NCBI GenBank assembly: GCA_965112735.1
Contig: OZ218954.1
Location: 1,612,001-1,676,000 of the forward strand
Origin: Phaeosaccion multiseriatum
Lineage: Eukaryota; Protista; Ochrophyta, other classes
DNA: 64,000 bases
Direction of reading: 5' to 3'
The translations under genes were made by a program, and so were the position numbers. The notes below the pieces were generated by a model. That model was given only the letters and a program-made list of their open reading frames with translations. It had not been told where the DNA came from and did no database searches. Below, in pieces: positions 61,252 through 64,000 of the stretch. The stretch's first letter is position 1; each line of letters starts with the position of its first letter.

Positions 61252-64000
61252 ATGTGGTTCATCAACGATCTCAAGGAGTTCGCCTCAGTGTCCACGGAAA
61301 CGCTAGTCAGCGTAGCTTCGTCCTCGGCGACGGCCATTGGGGACCATGTTGACGCCTTACGGGACCAAGGTGACGGAAGAGGAGGAGGAGGGAGGGGGGG
61401 AGGTAGTGACGATTGGGACGAAGAGGAAGAGAAGGGGCAATCCTCTGCTGAGGAAGGGCGCAGAGGAAGGGGAGCCAGGAGCGGAGGCCGCCACCACGCC
61501 TCGCCCTCGGTAGCTGCACTGGCCAAGCTGCGTGCAGACCCGGCCACATTCTCAAGCGTGAGTATCCTTTTCGTTGACTGTGTGTGGCTTCACGTGTGTG
61601 TGTACATGCGTGTGTGTATGTATGTGTGTGTGCGTTGCTGCTGTGGTGAAATCGTGTGTAGTTCCTTGGCTACTCCCTGTGTTGTGGGGAAATGGGGTCG
61701 GGCGTGCTGGTGCGAGAGGTGTGTGGGTGATGGACCTGAAAGAACGGGCACGTGTATGTACGGATTCTCAAGCTGCTATCTGAGTCCTTCGATTTATCTC
61801 TGCGCCCCCCGCTATTACTCTATGCTTTCTCTCTGTCCGTGTGTGTCACGTCACCAATTGCTCTCCCTCCCTCCCTCCCTCCCCCACAGCCCATCCCTGA
61901 GGCGGAGGAGGCAGCTTACGCCAAATTCTGCCAGGGCTTCAAGCTCGAAGCAAAGACCTCGGAAATCACCACGCTGCTCTCCGACGACCCCTCTCTAGCG
62001 GTCCTTCAGGCAGACCTCGTCTCCCCCTCCCTCACTCATGGCGACTTTTGGACGAGGTACTTTTACAGAGCGGAACGGGTCATCAACCCAAGGCCCTCTG
62101 TGTTGGTGCAGGGGCTGGGGGAGGACGACGATGAGCACGAGGAGCTCTCGTGGGGCGTTGACGACGATGACGACGAGGACAATGGTGGTGGTGATGATGA
62201 AGAGAGTAGTGCTGCCAAGAAGCACGAGGAGGAGGACAAGGAGGGAAGAGATGAAGATGGACCAGCAGAACCCGCTGAGGGGACTGAGGATGAAGGATCA
62301 TCTTGTGGAGCTGGAGCTGGAGCTGCTGTATCGCCTCTGGCAGGGGCGGTATCAGCCGCCCCGGCCTCACCGTCCTCTTCTCGAACAAGTAAGCCAACAA
62401 GAGAAAGATGAGGCTGGAGAGGAGCCCCTATGACCTCTTGAGGTCTGGTTTCTGGTCTTGTACTCGTCAATGTGTGCCCCCTATTCCCCCTTGCTCTCGC
62501 ACGGGGCGCCAACGAACGTCTCTAAGGGCGACACCTCATTGTCGTGCGCTCTCTCATCCGTCCCATCCGACCCCTTTTCTCTCTCCCCACAGAGGGCCAG
62601 TCAGCCGCAGCAGCTCAGGAATCCCACTCTTCTGACGGCCGTGCTGCTGCCGTGGAAGAGTTGCGATCAACGCAACAAGCCCTCGCAAAGAGCAACTCGA
62701 CGGTGGAGGCCCTCACTAAGGCTGCTGCCGCCGCTGCGTTGGAACTGGAGACGGAGCGAGCGGAAAATGAAGAGAAGATGAAGTTGTGGAAAGAGCGGGC
62801 AGAGGTGCGTGGGTGCGTGCGTGCATGCGTGGGGGAAGGGGATGTGTGGGTGGTTGGGCTGGGGAAGGAGGCTCCTTGTCGACACAGCAAATTCCAACTC
62901 GATGGCCGGTGCCGTGATGTGATGCGCTTCGATACCGATCCCGTTTATGGTTTTCGACCTTCAGTGGTAAGGTCACATGAATCGAAAAGTTCAGTATGAA
63001 ATGCAATACGCCTCTCCGTATCATCTGCAGGAGATGAAAGTGCAACGCAACAACTACACCAAAGATGCTGACGTGCTTCGGGAGGAGCTCGAGTGTCTCA
63101 AACAGCAGGTGAGTGAGTGCTTGCGAGAAGAGGGTTTGCTCCGTTCGGTCTCTTTGGAGCATCGTGCGCCCCCCCGATGGGACTTGTCGCGTCGAGTAGA
63201 GGGGCGCTCACTCCTATCTTGTTCCTTCCTTGCTCACTGACTCACTGACTGACTCACTGACTGACTCACTGACTGACTCACTGACTGACTCACTGACTGA
63301 GCGCCTCATCATGTGTCCTTTCTTCCTTGATGCGGAACACTCCATACTCTTATTACTCCGTACTCTATGAAATACACGAGCAGGTAGGCTCCGCGTCAAG
63401 AGGCGGAGGCTTGGAGGCGGGCAGCAGGGAGGGGACTGTCGATGAGCAGGTACGAGCAGCGGGAGGGTGGAGGGAAGGGTAGCTGCGTGTCTGTTTCAGT
63501 CCCATCGGGGCGCGCCCATAGTTCCTGGCCTTTGTACTATTTTTTAATCTTGAGCGTGGTTGGGTGCCCCCGACACCCTCTTTTCAGGTGAAGCGCTTGG
63601 AAGAGGAGCTGAAGGAGGCGAGGGAGATGATCGACCAGGTTAAGGCGGACAGGCACGAGGGTGTCATGGGGGCGCGTGAAGCGGCACAGGAAGCTCTCAT
63701 GACTGCTATGGAACAGGCCGAGGAGGAGAGGGAGGAGGCGGTGGCGGCGGCCTTGGCGGAAGAGCGGGAGAGAAGAGAGCAGGACGTGGAGATGGCAGTA
63801 AAAGAGGCAGTGGATGCAGCAGTGTCGGCGGTGAAAGAGGAGCTGGGGCAGGAGATTGAGCGCCTGCGGATGCGAGAGCGGGAGGTGCAAGAGAGAGCGG
63901 AGAGGGAGAGGGAGGAGGCGCTTTCAGCGATGGAGGTGCAGCACAAGGCGGAGGTAGGGGCATTGCGAACGAAATTGGAGGCCGCCGAAGAGGCAGCTGC
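61252..64000 (+). CDS. BSD-domain protein with long C-terminal coiled coil (truncated by window end)
   Basis: Exons approx. 61252-61557, 61890-62388, 62593-62804, 63031-63108, 63384-63449 and 63588-end. LRADPATFSSP..; BSD core EITTLLSDDPSLAVLQADLVSPSLTHGDFWTRYFYR; E/A/R-rich coiled coil. Confidence 0.85.

Overview
Gene-dense, intron-rich eukaryotic nuclear DNA. The gene content and style suggest a stramenopile/ochrophyte alga, but this is inference only. By joining exons by hand at GT-AG (once GC-AG) sites I can support 14 protein-coding genes: an ankyrin/coiled-coil protein, YKT6, an FBXO9-like F-box protein, an Erf4/GOLGA7-like two-TM protein, aspartylglucosaminidase, a tandem two-repeat (2 x [6TM + CNBD-fold]) K+ channel, FES1/HspBP1, a large EF-hand-RCC1-F-type-lectin protein, a COQ1/SPS-type polyprenyl diphosphate synthase, a small two-TM protein, a stand-alone MHYT membrane sensor, an insulysin (M16A), SAYSD1 and a BSD-domain protein running off the right end. 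Ten of these sit in head-to-head pairs. Introns are packed with microsatellites, many apparently built from splice-donor or branch-point motifs. A 240-bp CACT-terminated MITE with a TTA target duplication lies at 2867-3106. The most notable observations are the double-repeat channel (degenerate CNBDs, poly-Glu versus poly-His inserts, GC-AG intron through its second selectivity filter), the output-less MHYT sensor with a ~161-codon GGA run, and the splice-signal-derived repeat arrays. No rRNA, tRNA or CRISPR features were recognised. Most ORFs in the supplied track are repeat-driven artefacts. All exon boundaries are manual predictions.
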